Source: Dehalococcoidia bacterium (GTDB lineage Bacteria; Chloroflexota; Dehalococcoidia; Lucifugimonadales; UBA2985). From it: a DNA stretch of 64,000 nucleotides. The notes beneath the pieces were generated by a model that was not told where the DNA came from, did no database searches, and saw only the letters and a list, made by a program, of their open reading frames with translations. Where the stretch lies: positions 1,025,454 through 1,089,453 of the forward strand of contig OZ253588.1 in NCBI GenBank assembly GCA_965263185.1, read 5' to 3'. Made by a program: the position numbers and the translations under genes. Of this stretch, positions 1 through 9,127 are shown piece by piece (position 1 is the first letter of the stretch; each line of letters opens with the position of its first letter).

Positions 1-435
1 TACCACGTCTCTTATGGTCCTGGACGGGTCCTTGATAAAGGCCTGCTCCATCAGGAGAGCTTCCTCCGGGTCGACTGTGTTCTCGTCAGGAACGGCTGAG
101 TCATCCACGTAGCGGGGCGCCATTGCCGCCACTTGCATGGCAAGGTTGTGGACAAGCTCCTTGAACTCAGGCGTCCGGGCCACAAAGTCCGTCTCGCAGT
201 TCACCTCCACAATTGCCCCAACGCGACTCCCTGTGTGGATGTAGCAGTCCACCACTCCCTCCAGGGTCTCCCTGGACGCTTTCTTGGCGGCTGTGGAGAG
301 GCCCTTCTGCCGCAGCAACTCCACCGCCTTCGCAATGTCTCCATCGGCCTCTTCCAGGGCGTTCTTGCAGTCCATGACGCCTGCGCTGGTCTGCTCTCTA
401 AGGTCCTTGATGGCCTCCAGTGATACCCCGGCCAT
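1..435 (-). CDS. tsf: translation elongation factor Ts, 5' part (gene runs off the left edge)
   Basis: Reverse-strand translation from ATG at 435 reads [46 protein letters not shown]...[16 protein letters not shown], the EF-Ts N-terminal UBA-like domain and core block. It starts 3 nt after the rpsB stop, as in the conserved rpsB-tsf operon. It is absent from the ORF track because no stop lies in the window. Confidence 0.9.
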   Translation of the reverse strand, partial: MAGVSLEAIKDLREQTSAGVMDCKNALEEADGDIAKAVELLRQKGLSTAAKKASRETLEGVVDCYIHTGSRVGAIVEVNCETDFVARTPEFKELVHNLAMQVAAMAPRYVDDSAVPDENTVDPEEALLMEQAFIKDPSRTIRDVV

Positions 436-437
436 TT

Positions 438-1316
438 CTATACAACCCCTTCCGTCAGCCCCTGGGCCGCAGGGGCGTCCGTCCCGTCTGCCTTCGCAGC
501 CATTTCGGAGGCTATTTCCACCATATCCGCCTCATCCGCGACTGCCGCCTCTTCCATTGCCATGTCCTGCAGGGCAGCGGCGGCGCTGGCGAGTTCCCTC
601 CGCCTGTGAGCGCCTTCCATCACGGCATCGGCCATGCGGGCGGTCACCAGGTTGATTGAGCGAATGGCGTCATCGTTGGCGGCGATGGGGTAGTCTATCA
701 GGTCCGGGTCGCCGTCCGTGTCCACCAGGGCGACTATGGGTATACCCATCCGTCGACCCTCTGCCACGGCGATCTTCTCCCGGCCTATGTCTACCACAAA
801 CAGCGCTCCCGGCAGCCGGGTCATCTCCTTCACGCCCCCGAAGTTTCTGTTCAAGCGCTGGACCTCGTCCTCCAGCTTCAGGGCTTCCTTCTTGGTGAGC
901 AGGTTGAAGCCCCCTCGCGCCTTGCGTTCCTCCAGGCGAATCAGGTAGTCTATTCGGCTCTGTATTGAGGAGAAGTTGGTCATCATCCCGCCAAGCCACC
1001 TGTGCTTGACGTAGAACATCCCGCACCTTTTCGCGGCCTGCTCCACGGAGTCCTGGGCCTGCCTCTTGGTCCCGACGAACAGGACGCTCTCTCCCCCTGC
1101 CACCACATCAGAAATAAACTGCTGCGCCCGCTTCAGCAGAAACATGGACTGCTGCAGGTCTATGATGTGTATGCCGTTCCGCTGGGCGAATATGTACTGC
1201 TTCATGCGAGGATGCCATCTCTGGGTCTGATGCCCAAAGTGGACCCCCGCCTCCAGCAAAGACTTCATTGTCAGCGACTCTTGAGGCGGCGCCTCCCGTT
1301 CATCCGATACGACCAT
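438..1316 (-). CDS. rpsB: 30S ribosomal protein S2
   Basis: Universal uS2 blocks: [59 protein letters not shown]. An alternative start is the ATG at 1268 (MKSLLEAG). Confidence 0.95.
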   Translation of the reverse strand: MVVSDEREAPPQESLTMKSLLEAGVHFGHQTQRWHPRMKQYIFAQRNGIHIIDLQQSMFLLKRAQQFISDVVAGGESVLFVGTKRQAQDSVEQAAKRCGMFYVKHRWLGGMMTNFSSIQSRIDYLIRLEERKARGGFNLLTKKEALKLEDEVQRLNRNFGGVKEMTRLPGALFVVDIGREKIAVAEGRRMGIPIVALVDTDGDPDLIDYPIAANDDAIRSINLVTARMADAVMEGAHRRRELASAAAALQDMAMEEAAVADEADMVEIASEMAAKADGTDAPAAQGLTEGVV

Positions 1317-1427
1317 ACAACCTGCCTTCCCGCTGCTTCAGTAACAACCTCCCACGATAATGCCCGCCAAGTATATCACACTGAAACGCGAGGGACAATG
1401 CGTTGCGATGTCGGGTAGCGCCTCAGT

Positions 1428-1865
1428 TTGACGGTCTACTGGAAGATAAGCCATTTACCGCCCATGCTATACTTTGGTATCCATGGACGGAGGGCTACGC
1501 TAGTGATTCATGCAGTCAAGCTGGTGATTGTGGGTATATTGCTTGTGGGGGGAGTGATCTTCGGTGTAAGAGATTGGGAAGGTATAACCTATGGAATGAA
1601 AGCTGCTACATTAGCGATGGCGGTAGCTACTACGCTGTTCATTCCTTTTACTTCTAGTCAGGAGGTAGGGTATGTGTTGGGACGATTGAGTGTGGGTATA
1701 CTAGCTTTCTTGTCGGCTTGGAATTGGGTTAGGGGAGAAGCTAATGGTAATGATATTCCACCAATGATAGCATTGATAGTAATATGCATTGTCTTACTCT
1801 TGATGGTCGGGTATGTGCTATTCATGTTGGAGGTTCGGCAAGACGAGAAAAAAGAGACTAGTTGA
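1428..1865 (+). CDS. hypothetical small integral membrane protein
   Basis: 145-aa ORF with about 4 hydrophobic helices (LVIVGILLVGGVIF, ATLAMAVATTLFIPF, LSVGILAFLSAW, ALIVICIVLLLMVGYVLFML). It lies in a visibly AT-richer stretch between rpsB and tRNA-Val. No family recognised; start uncertain. Confidence 0.45.
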   Translation: MTVYWKISHLPPMLYFGIHGRRATLVIHAVKLVIVGILLVGGVIFGVRDWEGITYGMKAATLAMAVATTLFIPFTSSQEVGYVLGRLSVGILAFLSAWNWVRGEANGNDIPPMIALIVICIVLLLMVGYVLFMLEVRQDEKKETS

Positions 1866-2103
1866 GGTGTTTCAGCGCCCGGGATGGGGGCTACTACGAT
1901 GGGCCTATATTCTATTAGGTGTTCCCGTTATTAGTAGTCATCCCTCGCTGTACGTGAGTCAGATTCTATTTTGCACTTCTCTCGGGTCAGGAGATATGAC
2001 TCGGTTGGGCCGGCTGGGATACCGCTCGACCGCCACGCTCCGGGAGCCGTCCCTGGGCCCGATATTCGGCATAAAGGGCGGCGGCGCGGCGTTATCGGAG
2101 GGG

Positions 2104-2180
2104 TGGTGGGCGATAGAGGACTTGAACCTCTGACCTCTTGCGTGTGAAGCAAGCGCTCTAACCAGCTGAGCTAACCGCCC
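2104..2180 (-). tRNA. tRNA-Val (anticodon CAC), CCA encoded
   Basis: Reverse complement GGGCGGTTAGCTCAGCTGGTTAGAGCGCTTGCTTCACACGCAAGAGGTCAGAGGTTCAAGTCCTCTATCGCCCACCA folds as a cloverleaf. It has a 7-bp acceptor stem (one G-U), a GCTC/GAGC D-stem, a CTTGC/GCAAG anticodon stem with loop TTCACAC, and an AGAGG/CCTCT T-stem with loop TTCAAGT. Confidence 0.9.
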
Positions 2181-2371
2181 ACTTCTCGTCTCTGCCGGGA
2201 GCGCTACGCCGAACAGGGACGGATGCGCGCCAGCGCCCCTTTGGCCTGCCGATGCGCTCCCGTGGCGTACTCTGCGCACAAGCTATTCCAGAGTATACAG
2301 TCATGTGGCAAGGCGGGCAAGCGCGGCCCCGCCCTGGTAGTCTCTACGGGCGCTGGTTATGGCGCACGACA

Positions 2372-2471
2372 CCGCTCATATGGTTCGACATACTCACCAC
2401 GAGCGGGGGAGGGAACCCCTTCCGCTCACCCCCGTATCAGGTGCGGGGCAGGCTCTGAGATTGTCGAAGGG
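2372..2471. repeat. cluster of REP-like intergenic repeat units (families shared with 7.1-7.4 kb, 11.0-11.3 kb, 13.09 kb, 23.1 kb)
   Basis: ccgctcatatggttcgacatactcaccacgagcgggggaggg (2372-2413) recurs inverted at 23106-23146 and as variants at 11032-11071 and 7305-7332. tatcaggtgcggggcaggct recurs at about 13092-13112. ctctgagattgtcgaaggg (2453-2471) belongs to the cctgagcctgtcgaagg family at 7151-7368. Confidence 0.7.
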
Positions 2472-2636
2472 CATGGGCGGGAATGGGGTGGCGCTCCAAC
2501 CAACGTTGGCATTACCAACGCACATAGAGTATAACCCCCGCCCCGGCGCTGAATTTTGACGAACTACCGCTTGATGATTTCGGACAGGTAGCATATCATG
2601 TCCATATAAAGCCTGCGCGTATTTAGGAGGTTAGCA

Positions 2637-3044
2637 TTGCCAAAGATGATCCCTGTGCCCAATGATTTGAGCAAGCCATTCTGGGACGCCGTCAACGAGA
2701 AGCGGTTGGTGGTTCAGGACTGCGCTGAGTGCGGCGCGTTGCAGTATCCGCCAAAGCCTGCTTGCATGGACTGCGGCTCGGACAAGCTGGGGTGGAAGGA
2801 GACAAGCGGGCGAGGTCGCATTGCGACGTACATGGTCTCACAGGATACCAGGCTCCAGCGGCGCGTGCCTGACCAACCCTTCAACATTGCGCTGATCTCC
2901 CTGGATGACGACCCCCGTATCAACTTCTACTCCAACCTCCCCGGGGTGCCCGTGAAGGAAGTCCCCATAGGAGCGGCAGTCGAGGTTATATTCGAGGAGA
3001 TCGCCCCCGGACAGCTGATCCACGAGTGGCGCCTGGTTGAATAA
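2637..3044 (+). CDS. DUF35-type Zn-ribbon/OB-fold protein (thiolase partner)
   Basis: Rubredoxin-like CAECG...CMDCG followed by an OB-fold-like C-terminus. It lies directly upstream of a thiolase-like gene, the usual DUF35/SCP-x thiolase pairing. TTG start at 2637, 6 nt after TAGGAGG; alternative ATG at 2646. Confidence 0.8.
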   Translation: MPKMIPVPNDLSKPFWDAVNEKRLVVQDCAECGALQYPPKPACMDCGSDKLGWKETSGRGRIATYMVSQDTRLQRRVPDQPFNIALISLDDDPRINFYSNLPGVPVKEVPIGAAVEVIFEEIAPGQLIHEWRLVE

Positions 3045-3101
3045 CGCCCACATGGGCCGGGATGAAACAGCGCTTATCCGCTATTAGAGAAGAGGTGAAC
3101 C

Positions 3102-4439
3102 ATGACTATGGAAGGTACAGGATGGAGAAGAGACAAGACTGGGCTGGGAGCCTGGCCTCACCAGGGCAAGGTTGCCATTGTGGGATGGGGTCAGTCTCCG
3201 GTTGACCGGCGCTGGGACGGCGTCTCCATGGACAGGATCTTGGGCGCATACGCCATTATGGCGGTCAACCGCGCCCTGGAGGACGCCGGTGTGAAGCCGG
3301 AGGAGGTCGATGGACTCCTCTGCTGCCCGGACAACATGGCGGGCTTCAACGTGGCAGGCCCGTCAGGCCAGTGGGGGCCGTATCGCCCGTACCTGGAGCC
3401 GCCCTACGACTCCGAGGAGGGCATAAGCATCGTAACCAACAAGTGGCTGCTCGGCCAGATGCCGGAGTTGAGCAACGTCACGTACACGCCGGACAACGCG
3501 CCGGCCATTGGCGAGGGGATGGGGTTCGCCGCCCAGGCATGCGCGGAGGGCATGTATCAGATTGGTGTTTACGTCTACACGGCCAACAACCTGGAGGGTC
3601 GATACCGCCGTGGCGGTGACAACGCGGAGGATCACGCCAGGGAGGCCCGCCAGTGGAACACCCCCTGGGGCGCCGCGGGTGGACAGGACGCCCTGCCCCT
3701 TCAGGGCTATTGCGCCAAGTACGGCGTGGAGTGGGACGACATGATGGCTCCGGTCATCATCAATGAGCATAGGAACGGGCTGATGAAGCAGGAGTCCGAC
3801 CTTGAGGGGTGGAGCTTCTACCATCAGAACGGGGCTTCCGGGCTCAGCGTGGAGGACTACGTCAACTCTCGGCCAACCTTCTGGCCCATCAAGATATGGG
3901 ACTGTGACAGGCCGGTCAACTCCGTGGGGGCCTTCGTCTTCACCACCGCCGAGCGAGCCAAGGATATGAAGCAGAAGCCCGTCTACGTGATGAACCACAA
4001 CCAGGGCAACACCGGCAGGCCGCGAAGCAGCCAGATAACGGTGGATGAGCAGGAAGTGGCAAACGCAATGGCGGCCCAGATGGCATACGAGGGCACTGGC
4101 TGGAAACCCTCCGACGTGGACATCTTCAATCCCTACGACGGCTACTCTTGGTTCCTTCCGTTCTTTCTGGAGGCCTTTGAGTGGCAAGGGGTGAAGAAGG
4201 GAGAGGCGAGAGACTTCTTCAACGGCGACATCACCGTAGAGGGCCCGCACCCCTTCGTCTCCGGCGGGGGAAACCTCGGGAACGGACGCACCAGGACCTC
4301 AATGTACATCGACAGCATACAGCAGCTCCGTGGAACGGCCGGCAGGCGGCAGGTCAGCATCAAGGCTGAGACCGCTATCTGCGCCTTTGCTCCCTTTACC
4401 AGCGCGGCCTACCTCTGCCTTTCCACCAGCCCATCGTAG
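3102..4439 (+). CDS. thiolase-like (SCP-x type) protein
   Basis: 445 aa with a thiolase-superfamily layout and a Gly-rich C-terminal block (FVSGGGNLGNGRTRT). Genetic pairing with the DUF35 gene supports the call. Substrate unknown. Confidence 0.7.
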   Translation: MTMEGTGWRRDKTGLGAWPHQGKVAIVGWGQSPVDRRWDGVSMDRILGAYAIMAVNRALEDAGVKPEEVDGLLCCPDNMAGFNVAGPSGQWGPYRPYLEPPYDSEEGISIVTNKWLLGQMPELSNVTYTPDNAPAIGEGMGFAAQACAEGMYQIGVYVYTANNLEGRYRRGGDNAEDHAREARQWNTPWGAAGGQDALPLQGYCAKYGVEWDDMMAPVIINEHRNGLMKQESDLEGWSFYHQNGASGLSVEDYVNSRPTFWPIKIWDCDRPVNSVGAFVFTTAERAKDMKQKPVYVMNHNQGNTGRPRSSQITVDEQEVANAMAAQMAYEGTGWKPSDVDIFNPYDGYSWFLPFFLEAFEWQGVKKGEARDFFNGDITVEGPHPFVSGGGNLGNGRTRTSMYIDSIQQLRGTAGRRQVSIKAETAICAFAPFTSAAYLCLSTSPS

Positions 4440-4567
4440 TCCTGTACAGTGGAGCCTCTGAACCGGCGCTCGATACTACGGAGCGCCGGATGAGGTTCTG
4501 CGCGGAGGACTAGCCTGCCTCTGGCAGGGTCGGTCGTGCTCCACCCGAAGAGGGTCAGAGGCGTTTC

Positions 4568-7102
4568 TTGCCACTAATGGGCAACATACCGGGCTTATCG
4601 GCCAGGCTGGACGTTGCCTTCTGGCTTCAAGCGGCCCTGCTGGTAACGGCCGCGGCGTCGGTGCAGTTCGCCGGGTGGGTGGAAGCGCCTCCTCTTGTAC
4701 TGCTCGCGTTCCTGGGCGCACTGTCGGCTGCCCTTGTGGCCGGCTCCCCGGAGCGTGGACCGGCGCTTCATCTGCGGGCCACGGCGGTGGGAGGGCTCCT
4801 GGCCTACGCCGGAGGCATCTACCTTGCCGATGCCGGCCAATGGCACGAGAAGTTTGGCGCCCTGCATGGCAGCCTATCCGGCTGGTTCTCCGCCGCGCTG
4901 GGCGGGGAAACGACTTCCGACCCACTGCCCTTATCGGTCGGGATAATGGCGCTGACCTGGCTGACGGCGTACCTTACCTCATGGCTCCGCGTCAGGCGCG
5001 GAAACATCTGGGCCACCTTCCTGCTCGCAGGCGCGGCTACGGTGGTCAATCTCACGTACCTGCCGGAGAGCTACACCCCTTATATCCTCGTCTTTCTGTT
5101 CGTCAGCCTCATCGCGCTGGCGCATTCAACCAACCTCAGCAGACTTGCCATGCTGCGAGCCGGAGGCGCCCTCTATTCCGCCTCCGCCGAGCGTCTGTCA
5201 CTGGCTCACGGTCTGTGGCTCAGCGTGGTCATCATAGCCATAACCGCCGTCCTCCCCATTGGGGAATCCCCCGTTTCGCCCCTCGGCTGGTTCTACAACC
5301 CCGTGCATGGAGCCGCGACGGACGACCTCCGGGGCGAGGTCCGCCGGGTGTTCGGCGCGCCCCAAACCGGCGAGCCATACTCCGTCCGGTTCCTGGGGTC
5401 CATCCTCTCTTTGGTCAGGCCGGTGGTTGGCAGCACAGAGCCCATCCTCTTCGCTGAAATCGACTTCGCGGAAGTCGATATTCCCCTGTACTGGTCGGCT
5501 GTAGCCTATGACCAGTACACGTCCAAGGTGTGGAAGGTGCAGAACACGGCCGCGATGTCCCTGCCCGTCCCTGCCACGGAAGATGTGGCCGTGGCAGCGG
5601 ACGACCCGTCCGTAACTGCGACTATCAACTACGAGGTATACATGTACGTGGACGCGCCCTACCTGATGATGGCGGGAGACCCCACAGACGTTAACCCGGA
5701 TGTCCGGCTACAGGCGCCGGCTTCCGGGACGTTCCGGCTGGACCTGGCCGATGAGGAGCGGAACGAGGGCTTGCCGGATGACCTGCAGAGGGTGGCATCG
5801 GCTCTGGCCGCCCCTGCGGGAGACCCGGACCTGGAGCGTATACCCGGTGACCTGCTGGTGGTCAAGGTCATCAAGGAGCCCGGCCCTTCCGGGGACGAGA
5901 CGGCTATCGACGTAGACTCTGCATCTCCCGTTTACGCCTCTGAACTGCAGAGCGCCATAGACGGCCCCGGCGCGACGGTGGGGTTGGAGGTGGTCCGCGC
6001 GCCACTTGAGAGCTCTCCCGTTCTATTCACCGCAATTGGCCCGTTGGGGCTGGGCAACAGCTACAGGGTCTCCTCAGAGGTCATGGTAGCAGGCGAAGAT
6101 ACCCTCCGCAGCGCTTCCCGGGACTACCCGCCGGCGATATCGGACCGCTTTCTCCAGATTCCCCACTCCCTGCCCGACAGGGTGTCCTCGCTTACTTCCG
6201 GGATCGTGTCCGGCGCATCCAACCCCTACGACATAGCCGTAGCCATAGAGACCTACCTGAGAACCCTGACGTACAGTGGCGTTCCCATATCGCTCCCGAA
6301 CGACGCCGACGCGGTTGACTACTTCCTCTTTGAGTCCAGGGAGAGCTACAGCGACTACTTTGCCTCTGCGATGGCGATGATGCTGAGGACCCAGGGGGTA
6401 CCAACCAGGCTGGCGCTGGGGTTTGGGCCTGGAGAAGAGGACGCAGACGGGTTCCTGGTGCGCGATAGCGACAACCACTCCTGGCCGGAGGTCTACTTCC
6501 CGGGCGTGGGATGGGTACCCTTTGAGCCCACGCCCATCTATGATACGCGCCCCAGGGGCGTCGAGTTCCTGGATCAGAGCGCGCAAGCCGTAGCGGAGGA
6601 AGCCGCGGAGTCTTCGTCTGAGGAGGAGCCGCGATCCTCATTGGTCAGGTTCGGGACTCCACTGGGCGCCGGGGGCGTCACGTTTGGCGTCTTCCTGCTC
6701 ACCGGAGTAGCGCTGATGCGTGTCCTCTGGGCCAGGCAGTACGGCCCGCCGCGCTCTGCGCAGACTGCGTACCGGAGAATGCGCCGGTTGGCGGCGTTGC
6801 TGGGCTTCCCATCGCCACTGGCGCAAACGGCGTCCGAGTTCTCCCGCAGCCTCTCCAAGCTGATCCCTGAAGCCGGCTCGGACGTGGAGCTTGTAGCCGG
6901 CGCCTACGTCCGCCAGCGGTACGGGGGCGTAAATCCCACCTCCACGGAGGAGTCGCGCCTTGCATTGTCCTGGCGCCGCATCAAGGAGGCGTTCATGGGT
7001 CGACTCAAGCAGACCGATGTGGAGCCGTCCAACCCCCCTGAGCATACCGGTTGGACAGCTGACGCGGAGTCCGATGGCAGGCCGGGGCACGAGCCGCGCT
7101 GA
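4568..7102 (+). CDS. transglutaminase-like membrane protein (TgpA-like) with Ser at the nucleophile position
   Basis: N-terminal polytopic region. Core block DYFLFESRESYSDYFASAMAMMLRTQGVPTRLALGF...DNHSWPEVYFPGVGWVPFEPT matches the TgpA/transglutaminase core (FLFE.R.G.C..(Y/F)AS...R..GIPAR...H.W.EV...GW...DPT). A C-terminal TM helix follows. Confidence 0.85.
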   Translation: MPLMGNIPGLSARLDVAFWLQAALLVTAAASVQFAGWVEAPPLVLLAFLGALSAALVAGSPERGPALHLRATAVGGLLAYAGGIYLADAGQWHEKFGALHGSLSGWFSAALGGETTSDPLPLSVGIMALTWLTAYLTSWLRVRRGNIWATFLLAGAATVVNLTYLPESYTPYILVFLFVSLIALAHSTNLSRLAMLRAGGALYSASAERLSLAHGLWLSVVIIAITAVLPIGESPVSPLGWFYNPVHGAATDDLRGEVRRVFGAPQTGEPYSVRFLGSILSLVRPVVGSTEPILFAEIDFAEVDIPLYWSAVAYDQYTSKVWKVQNTAAMSLPVPATEDVAVAADDPSVTATINYEVYMYVDAPYLMMAGDPTDVNPDVRLQAPASGTFRLDLADEERNEGLPDDLQRVASALAAPAGDPDLERIPGDLLVVKVIKEPGPSGDETAIDVDSASPVYASELQSAIDGPGATVGLEVVRAPLESSPVLFTAIGPLGLGNSYRVSSEVMVAGEDTLRSASRDYPPAISDRFLQIPHSLPDRVSSLTSGIVSGASNPYDIAVAIETYLRTLTYSGVPISLPNDADAVDYFLFESRESYSDYFASAMAMMLRTQGVPTRLALGFGPGEEDADGFLVRDSDNHSWPEVYFPGVGWVPFEPTPIYDTRPRGVEFLDQSAQAVAEEAAESSSEEEPRSSLVRFGTPLGAGGVTFGVFLLTGVALMRVLWARQYGPPRSAQTAYRRMRRLAALLGFPSPLAQTASEFSRSLSKLIPEAGSDVELVAGAYVRQRYGGVNPTSTEESRLALSWRRIKEAFMGRLKQTDVEPSNPPEHTGWTADAESDGRPGHEPR

Positions 7103-7150
7103 AAGCCCGGTGGAGGTCTGCCGCGGAGGGCGCGTTGCGGCCATTCCTCC

Positions 7151-7368
7151 GTTCGCCCTGAGCCTGTCGAAGGGGTCCCCTTCCCGTTCGTCCTGAGCCT
7201 GTCGAAGGATGCGAGCGGGGCCAGCAATCCACTGTCATTCCTGCCCCGGAGCAGGAATCCAGAAGGGCTGGGCGGGGATGGATGCCCGCGTACGCGGGCA
7301 CGACGTGGTTCGACAGGTTGACCATGAACGGGTTCTACCCGTCCGCTCACCCAGAGCCTGTCGAAGGG
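7151..7368. repeat. REP-like intergenic repeat cluster
   Basis: Three copies of (g)ttcg(c/t)cctgagcctgtcgaagg at 7151-7175, 7187-7209 and 7344-7368. One hairpin unit gtcattcctgc-N6-gcaggaatccag..ggctgggcgg (7233-7277) has a near copy at 11250-11288. One gtggttcgacaggttgaccatgaacggg unit lies at 7305-7332. Confidence 0.75.
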
Positions 7369-7403
7369 CGGCAACGCCGTTTCGCTGCCGCCCGCGTAGC
7401 TTC

Positions 7404-8234
7404 TCACGCCGCGCTTCTGCCCAACCTGCCCTTCTTGACTACCGCCGACACGGCGAACATGGCGGTTGCCACCAGCGCCATCGCAGGGCCGGAGGGAAGG
7501 TCGGCGTGGAACGACAGGTACAGGCCGGCTATGGCCGAGGTTGCGCCGACAAGCGCGCCGTATACCATTACCCCCACAAACCGCCTTGCCAGCATATATC
7601 CGGTTGCGGCGGGAGTAATGAGCATCGCCATAACCAGGACTATGCCGGCAGCCTGAATCCCAATGACTATAACCAGGGCAAGCAGGGCAAGCAGCACGTA
7701 TTCGACGAGCCCCGTCCTGATTCCCACGACCGACGCGCCCACGGGGTCGAAGGTGGTGTACACCAGCTGCCTGTGGAATGCGTACAGCCCGGCCATCACC
7801 AGAGCTGTAAGTCCCAGCGAGACGTATACGTCCGTTTGGGACACTCCCAGCACCTGCCCAAGCAGCAGGTCCTCTATATCAACGTTGATGCCGGTGGCCT
7901 TGGACAGCATTACCAGGCCCAGCGCGAACATGCCCGCAAAGATTATGCCGATAGACGTGTCCTCCGCAATGCCGGTGCGCCTGCTGACGGCGCCCATCAG
8001 CAGGGCGATTGCGATCCCGGCCGGCACGGCGGCGAAGAACGGGCTGATGCCCAGCAGAAACGCAACCACCATGCCGGGCAGCACGGAGTGGGCAAGGGCG
8101 TCGCCCATGAACGCCCGGCCTCGGGTTATAACGTATGCGCCCAGGACCGGGCACATCACCCCCACCAGTACCGAGACCACCAGCGCCCGCGCCATGAAGC
8201 TGTATTGGAACGGCCCAAACAGGAAGTCAGTCAT
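7404..8234 (-). CDS. znuB: metal (Zn/Mn-type) ABC transporter permease
   Basis: ABC-3 family pattern: FQYSFMARAL, GDALAHSVLPG, about 8 TM helices. ATG at 8234 overlaps the upstream ATPase stop by 8 nt. The ORF is open to 8306. Confidence 0.85.
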   Translation of the reverse strand: MTDFLFGPFQYSFMARALVVSVLVGVMCPVLGAYVITRGRAFMGDALAHSVLPGMVVAFLLGISPFFAAVPAGIAIALLMGAVSRRTGIAEDTSIGIIFAGMFALGLVMLSKATGINVDIEDLLLGQVLGVSQTDVYVSLGLTALVMAGLYAFHRQLVYTTFDPVGASVVGIRTGLVEYVLLALLALVIVIGIQAAGIVLVMAMLITPAATGYMLARRFVGVMVYGALVGATSAIAGLYLSFHADLPSGPAMALVATAMFAVSAVVKKGRLGRSAA

Positions 8235-8994
8235 CGCGAGCGCCTCCTGCCGCGTGATAGTGATCGGCCGCAAACTCAATGCCGTGGGAGCCGTAAAGCT
8301 CCTCAAGCACTTCAGGGGTGAACACCTCCTCAGGAGGGCCGCACGCGCAGACGTGGTGGTTTATGCAAAGGCACTGGTCAAAGCGCTGGGCCATGTTCGT
8401 CAGGTCGTGGGTTGCCAGCAGCACCGTCTTGCCCTCGTCCCGCAGGGACTGGAGGACGCCAATGATGTCCTCCTGCGCGCCCACGTCCACGCCACTGAAC
8501 GCCTCGTCCAGCAGAACAATGCTGGCCTCCTGTGCCAGGGCGCGGGCTATGAAGACCCGTTGACGCTGGCCGCCGGACAGCTCCGTTACAAGCGATGAGC
8601 GCTCGTCCCACAGGCCAACCCGCTCCAGGCACTGCCTCGCCATAGCCTTGTCCTTCCTGCCGGGCTGCCGCAGCCACCCCACGCTCCAGTGCCGGCCCAT
8701 GGTTACCACGTCCAGAACTGTGGCCGGAAAGGTCCAGTTGATCCTGTCCCGTTGCGGGACGTAAGCAAGAGACCCCCTTTTGGTAGCTCCTTGGATCTCC
8801 ACCCTGCCGTGGGCTATGGGCAGAGTCCCCGCAATGGCGCCAAAGAGGGTGCTCTTGCCCGCTCCGTTGGGGCCAAGCACTCCCATAAGGGTGCCGGCGC
8901 CCACGCTGAAAGTAACGTCGGTTAGCGCTACGTGACCGCCCCGCACTACGGTCAAGTCCTCTACGGTTATTACCGGCTTGGAGATTGTACCCAT
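8227..8994 (-). CDS. znuC: metal ABC transporter ATP-binding protein
   Basis: Walker A GPNGAGKST, signature LSGGQRQRVFIARAL, Walker B VLLDEAFSGVD, H-loop ATHD. Confidence 0.9.
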   Translation of the reverse strand: MGTISKPVITVEDLTVVRGGHVALTDVTFSVGAGTLMGVLGPNGAGKSTLFGAIAGTLPIAHGRVEIQGATKRGSLAYVPQRDRINWTFPATVLDVVTMGRHWSVGWLRQPGRKDKAMARQCLERVGLWDERSSLVTELSGGQRQRVFIARALAQEASIVLLDEAFSGVDVGAQEDIIGVLQSLRDEGKTVLLATHDLTNMAQRFDQCLCINHHVCACGPPEEVFTPEVLEELYGSHGIEFAADHYHAAGGARDD

Positions 8995-9127
8995 TGTCTT
9001 CTACCCTCCGCGACTACGCTTGAACGCCTGCTGCCTGCACCGAAGGCCGAGAACGGCCTGGGCCTTGGAGCGTTGGGGGAGTGGGACGGTCGGCCAAGCT
9101 AGGACCGCCGGGGCGGGCGGCAGGCGG

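Noticed and set aside
1400-2104. AT-rich segment adjacent to the 3' end of tRNA-Val, considered as a tRNA-targeted integrated element.
   Set aside because: I found no direct repeat of the tRNA 3' half and no integrase. The segment holds only one small membrane ORF.
2190-2600. Several 60-110-aa ORFs around the tRNA and repeat cluster (e.g. 2223-2534, 1959-2279).
   Set aside because: They overlap the tRNA gene or are translations of REP-like repeats (GAGQALRLSKG-type peptides).
7209-8598. 370-aa and 311-aa plus-strand ORFs (7209-8321, 7663-8598).
   Set aside because: They are antisense to the clearly recognisable znuB/znuC genes. They start inside the REP cluster and show no domain signatures.
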